Assembly (NCBI GenBank): GCA_965219685.1 | Contig: CBDCOH010000002.1 | Span: 4,288,001 to 4,352,000, forward strand | Reading direction: 5' to 3' | Source of the DNA: Candidatus Spongiisociaceae bacterium | Lineage (GTDB): Bacteria; Actinomycetota; Acidimicrobiia; Spongiisociales; Spongiisociaceae | DNA length: 64,000 bases | In this document: one piece after another, positions 10,022-18,985 of the stretch | Layout: the number at the start of each line of letters is the position of its first letter | Position numbering within the stretch: the first letter of the stretch is position 1 | Notes under the pieces: model-generated | The model's database searches: none | The model's input: the letters and a program-made list of their open reading frames with translations, nothing else | Told to the model about the DNA's origin: nothing | Made by a program: the position numbers and the translations under genes

Positions 10022-12426
10022 CGGCCGGCACGACCTTCGGCAAGCCGGTCCTCCGCCGGGAGGACGGCAGGTTCCTCAAGGGCAAGGGGGTCTACGTACC
10101 CGATGTCGTGTTGCCCGGTACGGCGGAAGCGGTCGTCGTGCGCAGCCCCCACGCTCATGCCCTGATCAGGGATCTCGACGTCTCAGAGGCAACCGTTGCG
10201 CCCGGCGTGGTCGCGGTCGTAACCGCCCGCGACCTGAGCGATACCGGGGTCTACCGGCCCTACCACAAGTCGCCGCCCGCATTCGCCGACCTGCTCCAAC
10301 CGCTCGAGAAGGGCCACGACGTGCCGCTCCTGGCCGCCGAGCGGGTGAGGAGGGTCGGCGAACCGGTCGCCTTGGTCGTGGCGGAGAACCGCTACCTCGC
10401 CGAGGACGCCGCCGGGCTGGTACGAGTCGATTACGAACCGCTGGAGCCGGTGGTGGACGCCGAGGCGGGCTTGCGGCCGGATGCTCCGGTGATCCACGAG
10501 GAGTTGGGGGACAACGTCCAGAGCCGGGTCAGGGTGGCGGTCGGCGACCCGGAAGGGGCAATGGCCGCCGCCGATCACACCGCCACGTTCCGGTTCACGA
10601 TCCGGCGCCAGATCGGGAGCCCGCTGGGACCCAGGGCCGTGCTGGCCCGGTTCGACCCGGAGGAGCGTCGTCTGGCTGTCTGGTCCGCCACCCAGATGCA
10701 GCACCTGGCCCGCAAGGTGATCGGGGGGATTCTCGGGCTTGCCGAGGACCGGATCCGGGTCGTCTGCCCGGACATGGGCGGCAGCTTCGGCGGGGGCGTC
10801 TACTACGAGGACATCCTGATCCCGTACCTGGCCCGCCGGATCGGCCGCCCGGTGCGCTGGGTCGAGGACCGCAGGGAGAACCTGGTCAACGCCCGCCACG
10901 CCCGTGACCAGACCCACGATGTCGAGGTCGGGTTCGACAGCCGGGGCCGGGTCCTGGCCCTTCGCGACCGGATCCTCGTCGACATGGGCATCGCCAACTT
11001 CTACGGGCTGGTGGTGCCCTACAACACGATCTCGCATCTGAAGAGCCAGTACCGGATCGACAACTACGAGGCGGAGGCGACCTGCGTGATCACCAACAAG
11101 ACTCCCAACGCCCCCGCCAGGGGAGCGGGGCGGGTCACGGCTGCATTCGTGATCGAGCGGGTGCTGGAGAGGGTGGCCCGCCGGCTCGACCTCGATCCGG
11201 CCGAAGTGAGGAGGATCAACCTCATTCCCTCCGATGCCATGCCCTTCGACACCGGGGTGCCGTACCGGGACGGGAAGCCCTCGGTGTACGACAGCGGCGA
11301 CTTTCCCGCGCAACTCGAGATGGCTTTGGAGGGGATCGGCTACCACGACTTCCGCGCCCGCCAGGCCCGGCTTCGGGCCGAGGGCCGCTGCGTCGGGATA
11401 GGTATTGCCGCTCACATGGAGGGAACCGGTTTCGGTCCCCCCGAGAGCGCCATCGTCAGGGTTGACGGATCTGGAGGCGTGACGATCCTCAGCGGCTCCA
11501 ACAACCACGGCCAGAGCCACGAGACCACCCTCGCCCAGGTGTGCGCCGACGTGCTTGGCGTGGACATCGACACCATCACCCTGCGGGACGGCGACACCGC
11601 CCTGATCCGCCACGGAGGCGGCACGTTCGCCAGCCGGACCGCGGTCACCGGGAGCATGGCGGTGACGGGCGCGGCCGGCAAACTCCGTCAGAAGGCCATC
11701 GAGATCGCCGCCCGCCTCCACGGACTGGATGCCGGCGGACTGACCGTGATCCGCGGGGTCATCCGGGACGGGTCCACCCGGATCATGACGCTCGCCGACG
11801 TGGCCCGGGTAGCGGGCGACGAGGCAGGGGACCTGGCGCGGCCGGCTGTGGAAGCGTGCTTGGAGGCGATCGACTCCTTCGCGTCGCCCACCGTCACCTG
11901 GGCATCGGGAACCCACGTCGTCACCCTGGAGGTGGATCGTGACACCGGACACGTCAAGCTGGAGCGCTACGTAATCGCCCACGACGCGGGCAACATCATC
12001 AACCCGGCGGTGGTCGAAGGCCAGATCGTGGGCGGCGTGGTGCACGGCATCGGCAACGCACTGTCGGAGGAGGCAATCTACGACGAGGCCGGCAACGTGC
12101 TCACCAGCAGCTTCACGGACTACCGGCTACCGCGCGCCATCGACGTCCCACCCATCGAGGTTCTCCACCAAGAGTTCCCCTCCGCGCTGAACGAACTCGG
12201 GATCAAGGGCTGCGGCGAGGGTGGAACAGTGGGGGCGCCCGCCGCCATCGTCAACGCCGTCGAGGACGCCCTCCGCCCCCTAGACCTACGGATAACCGAG
12301 ATGCCCCTCCAACCGGAGAAGCTACTGCGATACATTCATGAGGCCGAAGCAGCGTCCCGCATGGCAGGTCCGCAGCGCAGCTTGACGAGTAGTCCAACGG
12401 ATCGGACGACCGGCAATTCTGCTTGA
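10018..12426 (+). CDS. Xanthine dehydrogenase/CoxL-family molybdopterin-binding subunit (not form I CODH)
   Basis: RREDGRF, RSPHAHA, GGSFG, APARGAGR, HGQSHET, VVEGQIVGG, KGCGEGG. Confidence 0.92.
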   Translation: MTAGTTFGKPVLRREDGRFLKGKGVYVPDVVLPGTAEAVVVRSPHAHALIRDLDVSEATVAPGVVAVVTARDLSDTGVYRPYHKSPPAFADLLQPLEKGHDVPLLAAERVRRVGEPVALVVAENRYLAEDAAGLVRVDYEPLEPVVDAEAGLRPDAPVIHEELGDNVQSRVRVAVGDPEGAMAAADHTATFRFTIRRQIGSPLGPRAVLARFDPEERRLAVWSATQMQHLARKVIGGILGLAEDRIRVVCPDMGGSFGGGVYYEDILIPYLARRIGRPVRWVEDRRENLVNARHARDQTHDVEVGFDSRGRVLALRDRILVDMGIANFYGLVVPYNTISHLKSQYRIDNYEAEATCVITNKTPNAPARGAGRVTAAFVIERVLERVARRLDLDPAEVRRINLIPSDAMPFDTGVPYRDGKPSVYDSGDFPAQLEMALEGIGYHDFRARQARLRAEGRCVGIGIAAHMEGTGFGPPESAIVRVDGSGGVTILSGSNNHGQSHETTLAQVCADVLGVDIDTITLRDGDTALIRHGGGTFASRTAVTGSMAVTGAAGKLRQKAIEIAARLHGLDAGGLTVIRGVIRDGSTRIMTLADVARVAGDEAGDLARPAVEACLEAIDSFASPTVTWASGTHVVTLEVDRDTGHVKLERYVIAHDAGNIINPAVVEGQIVGGVVHGIGNALSEEAIYDEAGNVLTSSFTDYRLPRAIDVPPIEVLHQEFPSALNELGIKGCGEGGTVGAPAAIVNAVEDALRPLDLRITEMPLQPEKLLRYIHEAEAASRMAGPQRSLTSSPTDRTTGNSA

Positions 12427-12775
12427 TCATCGGTAAATGACAAGATCGGCCGGCAATCTTCCATCAGCTGGTTTGAACCTCGGGTCAGGTGGAGTTCGGC
12501 TGCCACCCGGCACCCTTGAGTAGGACCGAGTCGGCGACGCGGATGGGCAGCGACGACCATCCGACGGGGCAGACCCAGAGCGGGGGGTCGGCTCGATCTG
12601 ATCGCCCCGCACGGCGAAACGATTCCAACTAAGAGCGTGCGCGGATAGCTCCTGACCTGGGTAAACACACGACCGCCGATAATCGAGTCACTGGTTCTGA
12701 CCAGGGATTTCGAAGTCCGATCCAGTGTCGACACACTGACAGCGACCACGGAAACCCCACCTATCCGCGCATCCT

Positions 12776-14236
12776 CTAAGACCCTCGATCGTCAACTGTG
12801 TCCAGCAACAGCGGTGGACGGTAACCCCCTGCGGCTGTCTCGTAGGCAGCCGCAGCGCGTAGCAACTGCGGTTCTTGGAGCCGGTGAGCCGAGAGCTGCA
12901 AGCCGACCGGGAGGCCGTCGGAATGGCGGCCGGACGGGAAAGAGATGGCGGGTACACCGACCACGTTCCAGGGCAGGGTTAGCCGCGTGGTGAGGCGGCT
13001 CTGCGCCCCGGGCTGATTCAGGTCGATGTACCTTCCACCACCGATCCCCACCTGCCGGGAGTCGATGGGGAAGGCCACCGTCGAGTTGCAGGGGGTGAGC
13101 ACGACGTCCACTGTCTCGAACACCGTCGCAATCGTGGCGCGCATCTCGTTACGCAACTGCATACCCCTGCGTTGGTCGGCCGCTGTGACGAACTCACCGG
13201 CCAGAATGCGGAAGCGGATCTCCGGGGTGGCGAAGCCGTCAGGACGCGAAAGGGCGTATGGCAGGAGAACAGCCTGTGACTCGTGCTGAGCGGCCGCCAG
13301 CGCCAAAGGGATCTCGTAGAAGGTCGACAGGTCGACTTCCTCCACGGTCGCTCCTAGACCCTCGAAGACACGGGCCGCCTCGCGGACAGTCTCCTCGATC
13401 CCGGGCAATGCGTCGTCGAAGAAGAAGGAGGAAGGGACGCCCACCCTCAGACCGCTCATCCCACTTGCCAGGCCGTCCTGGTAGGAGCCCTCGAAGCCGG
13501 CACGGATGGACGTCGGATCTTTCGGATCGTATCCGGCCATGACGTCCAGCATGGTTGCGGCATCGCGGACCGTCCGGGCTATCGGGCCGATCGTGTGATG
13601 CCACGAACTGGTGGGTGGTAGCTCCCCGAAGCGGCTGGCCAGTCCGTGGGTGGGCATCAGACCCACCACGCCGCAGTAGGAAGCCGGGGTGCGGATCGAG
13701 CCCCACCCGTCGGTGCCCACCGCAGCCCACGCCATCCCGGCGCTCACCGCCGCAGCGGACCCTCCACTCGAACCGCCGGGTATGCGGGCCGGGTCCCACG
13801 GGTTGCGCACCGTACCGAAATACATGTCCTTGCAGGTGCCTCCCATGCCCCACTCGTGCATGTTGTTCTTCCCGAGCACGATTGCCCCGGCTTGCCGGAG
13901 GCGGGTCACGACCTCCGCATCGAAGTCGGTCGTGTGATCGGCCCACAGCACCGACCCGTTGGTGGTCGGGTGGCCGGCTACCGCCACGTTGTCCTTCACC
14001 GCGACCGGAATCCCGTGCAAGGGGCCGCGGTAAGCACCTTTCCCGATCTCGACTTCGGCGACCTGCGCTTCGGCCAGGGCGTCTTTCGCAAGCACAGTTA
14101 TGAAAGAATTCAGAAGGGGATCCAGGGTCCGGATCCGGTCGAGCACTGCCGTGACCAACTCGACTGGTGAAACCTCCCGGGACGAGATACGGGGCGCCGT
14201 CTCGCTGATGGGGGCGATCGTGATGTCGTCGGTCAA
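12776..14236 (-). CDS. Amidase-signature family amidase (GatA/AtzE-like)
   Basis: GPLHGIPVAVKD, GGSSGGSAAA, GTDGWGSIRTPA: Lys-cisSer-Ser triad present. Confidence 0.93.
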   Translation of the reverse strand: MTDDITIAPISETAPRISSREVSPVELVTAVLDRIRTLDPLLNSFITVLAKDALAEAQVAEVEIGKGAYRGPLHGIPVAVKDNVAVAGHPTTNGSVLWADHTTDFDAEVVTRLRQAGAIVLGKNNMHEWGMGGTCKDMYFGTVRNPWDPARIPGGSSGGSAAAVSAGMAWAAVGTDGWGSIRTPASYCGVVGLMPTHGLASRFGELPPTSSWHHTIGPIARTVRDAATMLDVMAGYDPKDPTSIRAGFEGSYQDGLASGMSGLRVGVPSSFFFDDALPGIEETVREAARVFEGLGATVEEVDLSTFYEIPLALAAAQHESQAVLLPYALSRPDGFATPEIRFRILAGEFVTAADQRRGMQLRNEMRATIATVFETVDVVLTPCNSTVAFPIDSRQVGIGGGRYIDLNQPGAQSRLTTRLTLPWNVVGVPAISFPSGRHSDGLPVGLQLSAHRLQEPQLLRAAAAYETAAGGYRPPLLLDTVDDRGS

Positions 14237-15408
14237 GGCGCGCTCGCGTACATTGCGGTCCGGGGATCGGCCGAGGCCGCAACGCGCTCGGCCAGCTTGC
14301 CCGACCGGCGGAGGATCTGGACGACGTACGGAACCAGATCGCCATGGTCGTCGGGGTTCACCGCGTCGCCGAACCGGTCCCGGATCAGTAGCCGGGCACG
14401 CGCCGCAAGGTCGGGATCCTCGCTGGGAGGCTCCTCCTCGTTTCTGGCCTCGTCACCCGCGTCTCCCTCGGGAGACCCACCCTTCCGGCCCCAGGTGAGC
14501 CGGAGGAGGTCGGGTCTGTCGTACTGGCGGTTCACAAGCTGCGCCCACGTTCCGGCGCCGGGGTCGATGTCGGCATATAGGATGCCCTCGCCGCGCTGGG
14601 GACCGGCCAGGATCCTGCCTCCGGGAGCGTAGATCATCGACCCAGGCTCCTCGGTCATCGCAACGAGGTTCTCCCGGAGGACCGGGTCGGCCCCGACCCG
14701 GTCGACAGCCTCCGTATCGGATGCAGCGGCCGCCGCCAGCACGTGGGCCGTGTTCTGGTAGGCAACCGCCCTCCCCGTGATCGCCACCACGTTCTGCATG
14801 ACCCCCGGAGCGTGGAAGTGGGGCGGCCACAGGGCTACGTGTACCCGGGCTCCGAGACTCCTCATCGCGTAGGTGAGAAGCGGGTTGGAGTTCTCGCCTC
14901 CCGCCAGCACGCTCACCGGTCCCCACGGTGAATCGAATACCCGGATCGACTCACCGTCCCCCGGATGGAAGAAGACTCGCTCACCCACGGCCGGCACCAG
15001 CTTTCGTCTCACCCCGAGCAGTTCGCCGTCCGGAGACACAACCATCTGGCTGTCGAACACCACGCTCACCCGAGGGTCGGGTCGCTCGACGAAACCGATG
15101 ACGACCATTGCTCCCGCGCGAGAGGCCGCCTCGCACAGGCGATCGCTCTCGGCGCCGGGGACCGTCAGGGCATTCTCCACCATTGAGGAGGCGAGTTGGC
15201 GGGAACGCCCGGAGGTCGGTGGCAGGGCATGGAACCAGATGGGATGGCCGGGAAGGGAGTTCTCACCGAAGGCGACCAGGCGGGCTCCTTCCGCTCCGGC
15301 CTCCCCGATCAGGTCGCAGGCCTTCTGCACGGACGCATCCCGATCGAGAAACACCGGGGCCACCTGCACGGCGGCCACCCGGACGGGTACTTCGGTTCCG
15401 GCAGGCAC
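14233..15408 (-). CDS. Nitrilase-superfamily protein lacking the catalytic Cys, with a C-terminal extra helical domain
   Basis: VAAVQ, FGENSLPGHP (Glu), RKLVP (Lys), LAGGENSNPL in place of LxCxEN. Start taken as GTG 15408, 6 nt after TACGAT; the track start is 15444. Confidence 0.85.
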   Translation of the reverse strand: MPAGTEVPVRVAAVQVAPVFLDRDASVQKACDLIGEAGAEGARLVAFGENSLPGHPIWFHALPPTSGRSRQLASSMVENALTVPGAESDRLCEAASRAGAMVVIGFVERPDPRVSVVFDSQMVVSPDGELLGVRRKLVPAVGERVFFHPGDGESIRVFDSPWGPVSVLAGGENSNPLLTYAMRSLGARVHVALWPPHFHAPGVMQNVVAITGRAVAYQNTAHVLAAAAASDTEAVDRVGADPVLRENLVAMTEEPGSMIYAPGGRILAGPQRGEGILYADIDPGAGTWAQLVNRQYDRPDLLRLTWGRKGGSPEGDAGDEARNEEEPPSEDPDLAARARLLIRDRFGDAVNPDDHGDLVPYVVQILRRSGKLAERVAASADPRTAMYASAP

Positions 15409-15414
15409 GGGCTG

Positions 15415-15426
15415 ATCGTATACGAT
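15415..15426. promoter_or_regulatory. Perfect palindrome ATCGTATACGAT giving a TACGAT -10 box on each strand
   Basis: Lies between the divergent nitrilase-like and LLM genes. Confidence 0.55.
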
Positions 15427-15453
15427 GCCTGTACGGATGGACACCCGGCCGCG

Positions 15454-16422
15454 ATGACGCTCAGCTTCGGTCTTCTAGTGCCACACTTCGGCCCGCACTC
15501 GACCTGGGACCGGGTGTTCGCCATCGCTCCGCGCCTGGAGGAACTGGGGTTCTCGAGCGTCTACTTCCGGGACCAACTGGGCTTCACTGGCGGAGTCTCG
15601 TTCGAGAATCCCAGTCACCACTTCGTAGATCCTTTCGTGGCCATGAGCGCCGTGGCGGCAACCACCGAGTTGACCGTGGGCATGGCGACCCTGACCCCGA
15701 TACGCCCGCCCGTTCTCCTCGCCCAGATGGTGGGATCCCTTTCCTACCTGGCTCGCGGGAAGCTGGTGCTCGGAGTCGGGTTGGGGGGCCAGCCCAACGC
15801 ATTCCGCCTGGCCGGGCTTTCGATCGATGACCGGATCGCCCTGTTCGAGGAGATGGTGACGGTCCTGCGCGCCACGTCCCATCCTGATGCCTCCCACAAC
15901 GGCTCCCTGATCGGCTTCGAAGGCCTCACTCTCGACCCGGCCCCGCCCGGGGATCTCACGCTTCTCTACTGCGGTTCCAGCCTGGCGGCTATCAAGCGGG
16001 CTGTCCGTTTCACCGATGGCTGGTTCCCCGGACGGTGTCCCCTCCGGGTGTTCGACCGCCTGCACGGAAGGCTCCGGGAGGAGGCCGGCGCCGAGGGCAA
16101 GACGATGCGGATCGCCATCGTCCCCCTGGTCTCGATCGACCGGAGCCGGGAACGGGCCCTTGCCAAGGTCAATGTCGACGGGATTCTCGAGGAGTCCCGC
16201 AGGAAGCCGGCCTGGCGCACGGACGGACCCTTCCTCACGGCGGAGGATCTGCGGGGGGCGCTGATCGCCGGGACGTCCGCCGACGTGGTGGAGGACCTCC
16301 ACGAGTTGGAACATCGCGGGATACACGAGGTGGTCCTCGACCTGCGGGAGAGGATGGAAGCTTTCGAGGAAGGCATCGAGCGTCTCGGGGCCGAGGTTCT
16401 CCCGTCTTTCGTGACCGGGTAA
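15454..16422 (+). CDS. LLM-class oxidoreductase 2
   Basis: MTLSFGLLVPHFG...EELGFSSVYFRD...DGWFPGR. Confidence 0.9.
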   Translation: MTLSFGLLVPHFGPHSTWDRVFAIAPRLEELGFSSVYFRDQLGFTGGVSFENPSHHFVDPFVAMSAVAATTELTVGMATLTPIRPPVLLAQMVGSLSYLARGKLVLGVGLGGQPNAFRLAGLSIDDRIALFEEMVTVLRATSHPDASHNGSLIGFEGLTLDPAPPGDLTLLYCGSSLAAIKRAVRFTDGWFPGRCPLRVFDRLHGRLREEAGAEGKTMRIAIVPLVSIDRSRERALAKVNVDGILEESRRKPAWRTDGPFLTAEDLRGALIAGTSADVVEDLHELEHRGIHEVVLDLRERMEAFEEGIERLGAEVLPSFVTG

Positions 16423-16550
16423 ACAAGCCGGGCTGCTGGGAGGGACCTGCCGCCCACGGCCACGCAACACCAACGCCACCACGCGAGCCCTTGCACGGGG
16501 TGGCAAGAAGGGTCTTAGAACCGGTAATCAGTTGCACGGGTAGGTCGCGC

Positions 16551-16565
16551 TGTATACATTATGCC
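16551..16565. promoter_or_regulatory. Putative GntR operator (TGTATA-CAT-TATGCC)
   Basis: Near-identical to the 41999 site; about 95 nt upstream of the ABC binding-protein gene. Confidence 0.6.
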
Positions 16566-16659
16566 TAAGTCGATTGGCTACGTGCCCGATGCGGTTCGTA
16601 GCGCCGTACCACCGGTGGCGGGGCTCCTCGCTCACCGACCAGCTACGGGAGGAGTTCAG

Positions 16660-18810
16660 ATGAAATACAAGAGGCTGCTAGCGCTGGTGCTCGGGTTCGC
16701 CTTATTGGCTGCGGCCTGCGGTGGAGACGAGGAACCAGCCGCTACCACCCAGGGGACGACTGCAACGCAGGCAACCCAGGCAACCCAGCCCCCGGCCGAG
16801 GAGACGCCCGCCGAGACCTCTCCGTCGGAGGACGAGATGATGGATGCGGATTCCATGATCGCCGATATCCGGTCTCGTATCGAGGGCCAGTCGGTGGTGG
16901 TGGGGAGTTCGGGATTCCCGAACGCTTCGTTGACGGGGGCGTTCCGGACTATGGACTTCCTCCGTGACGACTTCGGTCTCGACGTCGAGTTCCGGCTGCT
17001 GGACTCGGATCCGCTGGTAGCGGCGACCATCGCCGGTGAGGTGGAGGTCGGTCAGCTTTCCCTGGCTGGTATGGCCAACGCGGTGTCGGCCGGTTCGGAC
17101 TTTGTGGCGTTCGGTGGTGACGATCAGAAGAACTCGTTCATAATCGCTGCCAAGGCGCCGGTCAGCTCGATGGAGGAGTTGCGCGGCCAGCCGGTTGCGG
17201 CCACCCAGAGCCTGAACCAGATCACCGGCCAGACCCTCCAGAAGTGCTTAGCCGACGCAGGCATGACCGTCGACGACGTGCAGCTGGTCCGCCTCGCGCA
17301 TACCGGTGAGGCAACCCAGGCGATCTCGTCAGGACAGGTTGTCGGTGGTATCTCGGCGACATGGCGTCTCACCCAGTTGACCCTCAACGAGGGCCCAGGC
17401 GCATACAACATGCTTTGTGCAGGCTGGGAGGCCGCTCCCCAGATCTCGTCGGTGTGGTACGCCGAGCGGGCCTGGGTCGAGGCCAACCCGGACATCGCAC
17501 TGGCGTTCAACATCGCTTCGCTGAAGTCCGCCCGCTGGGCACAGGAGGACAAGCAGCGGTGGATCGACTACGCGCTGTCCAAGATCGAACGGCTCACCCC
17601 CGAAGCAGCCGCCATCGACTACGACAGCCTCTTGGGCGACCTTGACATGTGGCCGGTCAACGGGTCCCTTGACCACGACCTGCTGCAGACCACCCTCGAC
17701 ACCTCGCTCGAGTTCGAAGCCATCGACCGGGCCTACACCGTCGGCGAACTCGTCACCTTCGAGTTCCAGGACAAAGCACTCGAGATCCTCGGGGTCGCCG
17801 AGCGCAACCCCGACATTTCCATGGCCGAGGAGTCCGGCGATGCGATGATGGATGCGGATGCGATGATCGCCGATATCCGGTCTCGTATCGAGGGCCAGTC
17901 GGTGGTGGTGGGGAGTTCGGGGTTCCCGAACGCTTCGTTGACGGGGGCGTTCCGGACTATGGACTTCCTGCGTGAGGAGTTCGGTCTCGACGTCGAGTTC
18001 CGGCTGCTGGACTCGGATCCGCTGGTAGCGGCGACCATCGCCGGTGAGGTGGAGGTCGGTCAGCTTTCCCTGGCTGGTATGGCCAACGCGGTGTCGGCCG
18101 GTTCGGACTTTGTGGCGTTCGGTGGTGACGATCAGAAGAACTCGTTCATAATCGCTGCCAAGGCGCCGGTCAGTTCGATGGAGGAGTTGCGGGGCCAGCC
18201 GGTTGCGGCGACCCAGAGCCTGAACCAGATCACCGGCCAGACCCTCCAGAAGTGTCTGGCGGACGTGGGCATGACCGTGGACGATGTTCAGTTGGTTCGT
18301 TTGGCGCATACGGGTGAGGCGACCCAGGCGATCTCGTCGGGGCAGGTTGTCGGTGGTATTTCGGCGACTTGGCGTCTTACGCAGTTGACGCTCAATGAGG
18401 GTGAGGGCGCATACAACATGCTGTGCGCGGGTTGGGAGTCCAATCCCCAGATCTCGTCGGTGTGGTACGCCGAGCGGGCCTGGGTGGAAGCCAACCCGGA
18501 CATGGCACTGGCGTTCAATATCGCTTCGCTGAAGTCGGCCCGCTGGGCGCGGGAGGACAAGCAGCGGTGGATCGACTATGCGCTGTCCAAGATCGAGCGC
18601 CTGACCCCTGAAGCAGCCGCCATCGACTACGACGGACTCATCCACGAGTTGGACATGTGGCCGGTCAACGGGTCTCTCGACTATGACCTGATGCAGACCA
18701 CCCTCGACACGTCCCTCGCGTTCGAAGCCGTCGACCGGGCCTACACCGTCGAGGAACTCGTCACCTTCGAGTTCCAGGACAAGGCACTGGAAATCCTCGG
18801 GCATATGTAG
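16660..18810 (+). CDS. ABC substrate-binding lipoprotein (NitT/TauT/NMT1-like) with two tandem near-identical binding domains
   Basis: GGAG RBS, lipobox LAAAC, Thr/Ala/Glu/Pro linker, then two copies of a domain with 336-aa periodicity; followed by two permeases. Confidence 0.9.
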   Translation: MKYKRLLALVLGFALLAAACGGDEEPAATTQGTTATQATQATQPPAEETPAETSPSEDEMMDADSMIADIRSRIEGQSVVVGSSGFPNASLTGAFRTMDFLRDDFGLDVEFRLLDSDPLVAATIAGEVEVGQLSLAGMANAVSAGSDFVAFGGDDQKNSFIIAAKAPVSSMEELRGQPVAATQSLNQITGQTLQKCLADAGMTVDDVQLVRLAHTGEATQAISSGQVVGGISATWRLTQLTLNEGPGAYNMLCAGWEAAPQISSVWYAERAWVEANPDIALAFNIASLKSARWAQEDKQRWIDYALSKIERLTPEAAAIDYDSLLGDLDMWPVNGSLDHDLLQTTLDTSLEFEAIDRAYTVGELVTFEFQDKALEILGVAERNPDISMAEESGDAMMDADAMIADIRSRIEGQSVVVGSSGFPNASLTGAFRTMDFLREEFGLDVEFRLLDSDPLVAATIAGEVEVGQLSLAGMANAVSAGSDFVAFGGDDQKNSFIIAAKAPVSSMEELRGQPVAATQSLNQITGQTLQKCLADVGMTVDDVQLVRLAHTGEATQAISSGQVVGGISATWRLTQLTLNEGEGAYNMLCAGWESNPQISSVWYAERAWVEANPDMALAFNIASLKSARWAREDKQRWIDYALSKIERLTPEAAAIDYDGLIHELDMWPVNGSLDYDLMQTTLDTSLAFEAVDRAYTVEELVTFEFQDKALEILGHM
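16837..18801 (+). repeat. Intragenic direct repeat, period 1008 bp (16837-17793 and 17845-18801)
   Basis: Both copies start ATGATGGATGCGGAT and end ATCCTCGGG; long identical stretches. Confidence 0.97.
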
Positions 18811-18820
18811 GTAGGGCGAG

Positions 18821-18872
18821 GCCAGGACCCCCGAGGGATCGTCAGCTCAACGATCCTTCCGGGGGTTCCGGC
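18821..18872 (+). terminator. Strong stem-loop after the binding-protein gene (terminator or mRNA stabiliser)
   Basis: CCCCGAGGGATCGT-cagctca-ACGATCCTTCCGGGG imperfect inverted repeat; no U-tract. Confidence 0.65.
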
Positions 18873-18985
18873 GCTAGGGTTCTCGGAGGGTGCTGGACAC
18901 CCGCCGTCGGGCCACAGAAACGCGGGCGAGGGGCGGATGCCCGACCTCTTCCAGCCGCAATGATCGCACGGGGAGAAAACCGGAG

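Noticed and set aside
10183-12045. Long antisense or alternate-frame ORFs (also 31959-33749, 49289-50953, 17329-18804 and many others)
   Set aside because: Shadows of real genes in high-GC DNA; no motifs and biased composition.
8667-12426. coxMSL as aerobic CO dehydrogenase
   Set aside because: Lacks the form I AYxCSFR loop, and no cox accessory genes are nearby.
12776-14236. Amidase as true gatA
   Set aside because: No gatB adjacent, divergent signature and catabolic context.
16837-18801. Duplication as a simple assembly artefact
   Set aside because: The copies differ at many mostly synonymous sites, stay in frame and are joined by a unique linker; long reads are still desirable.
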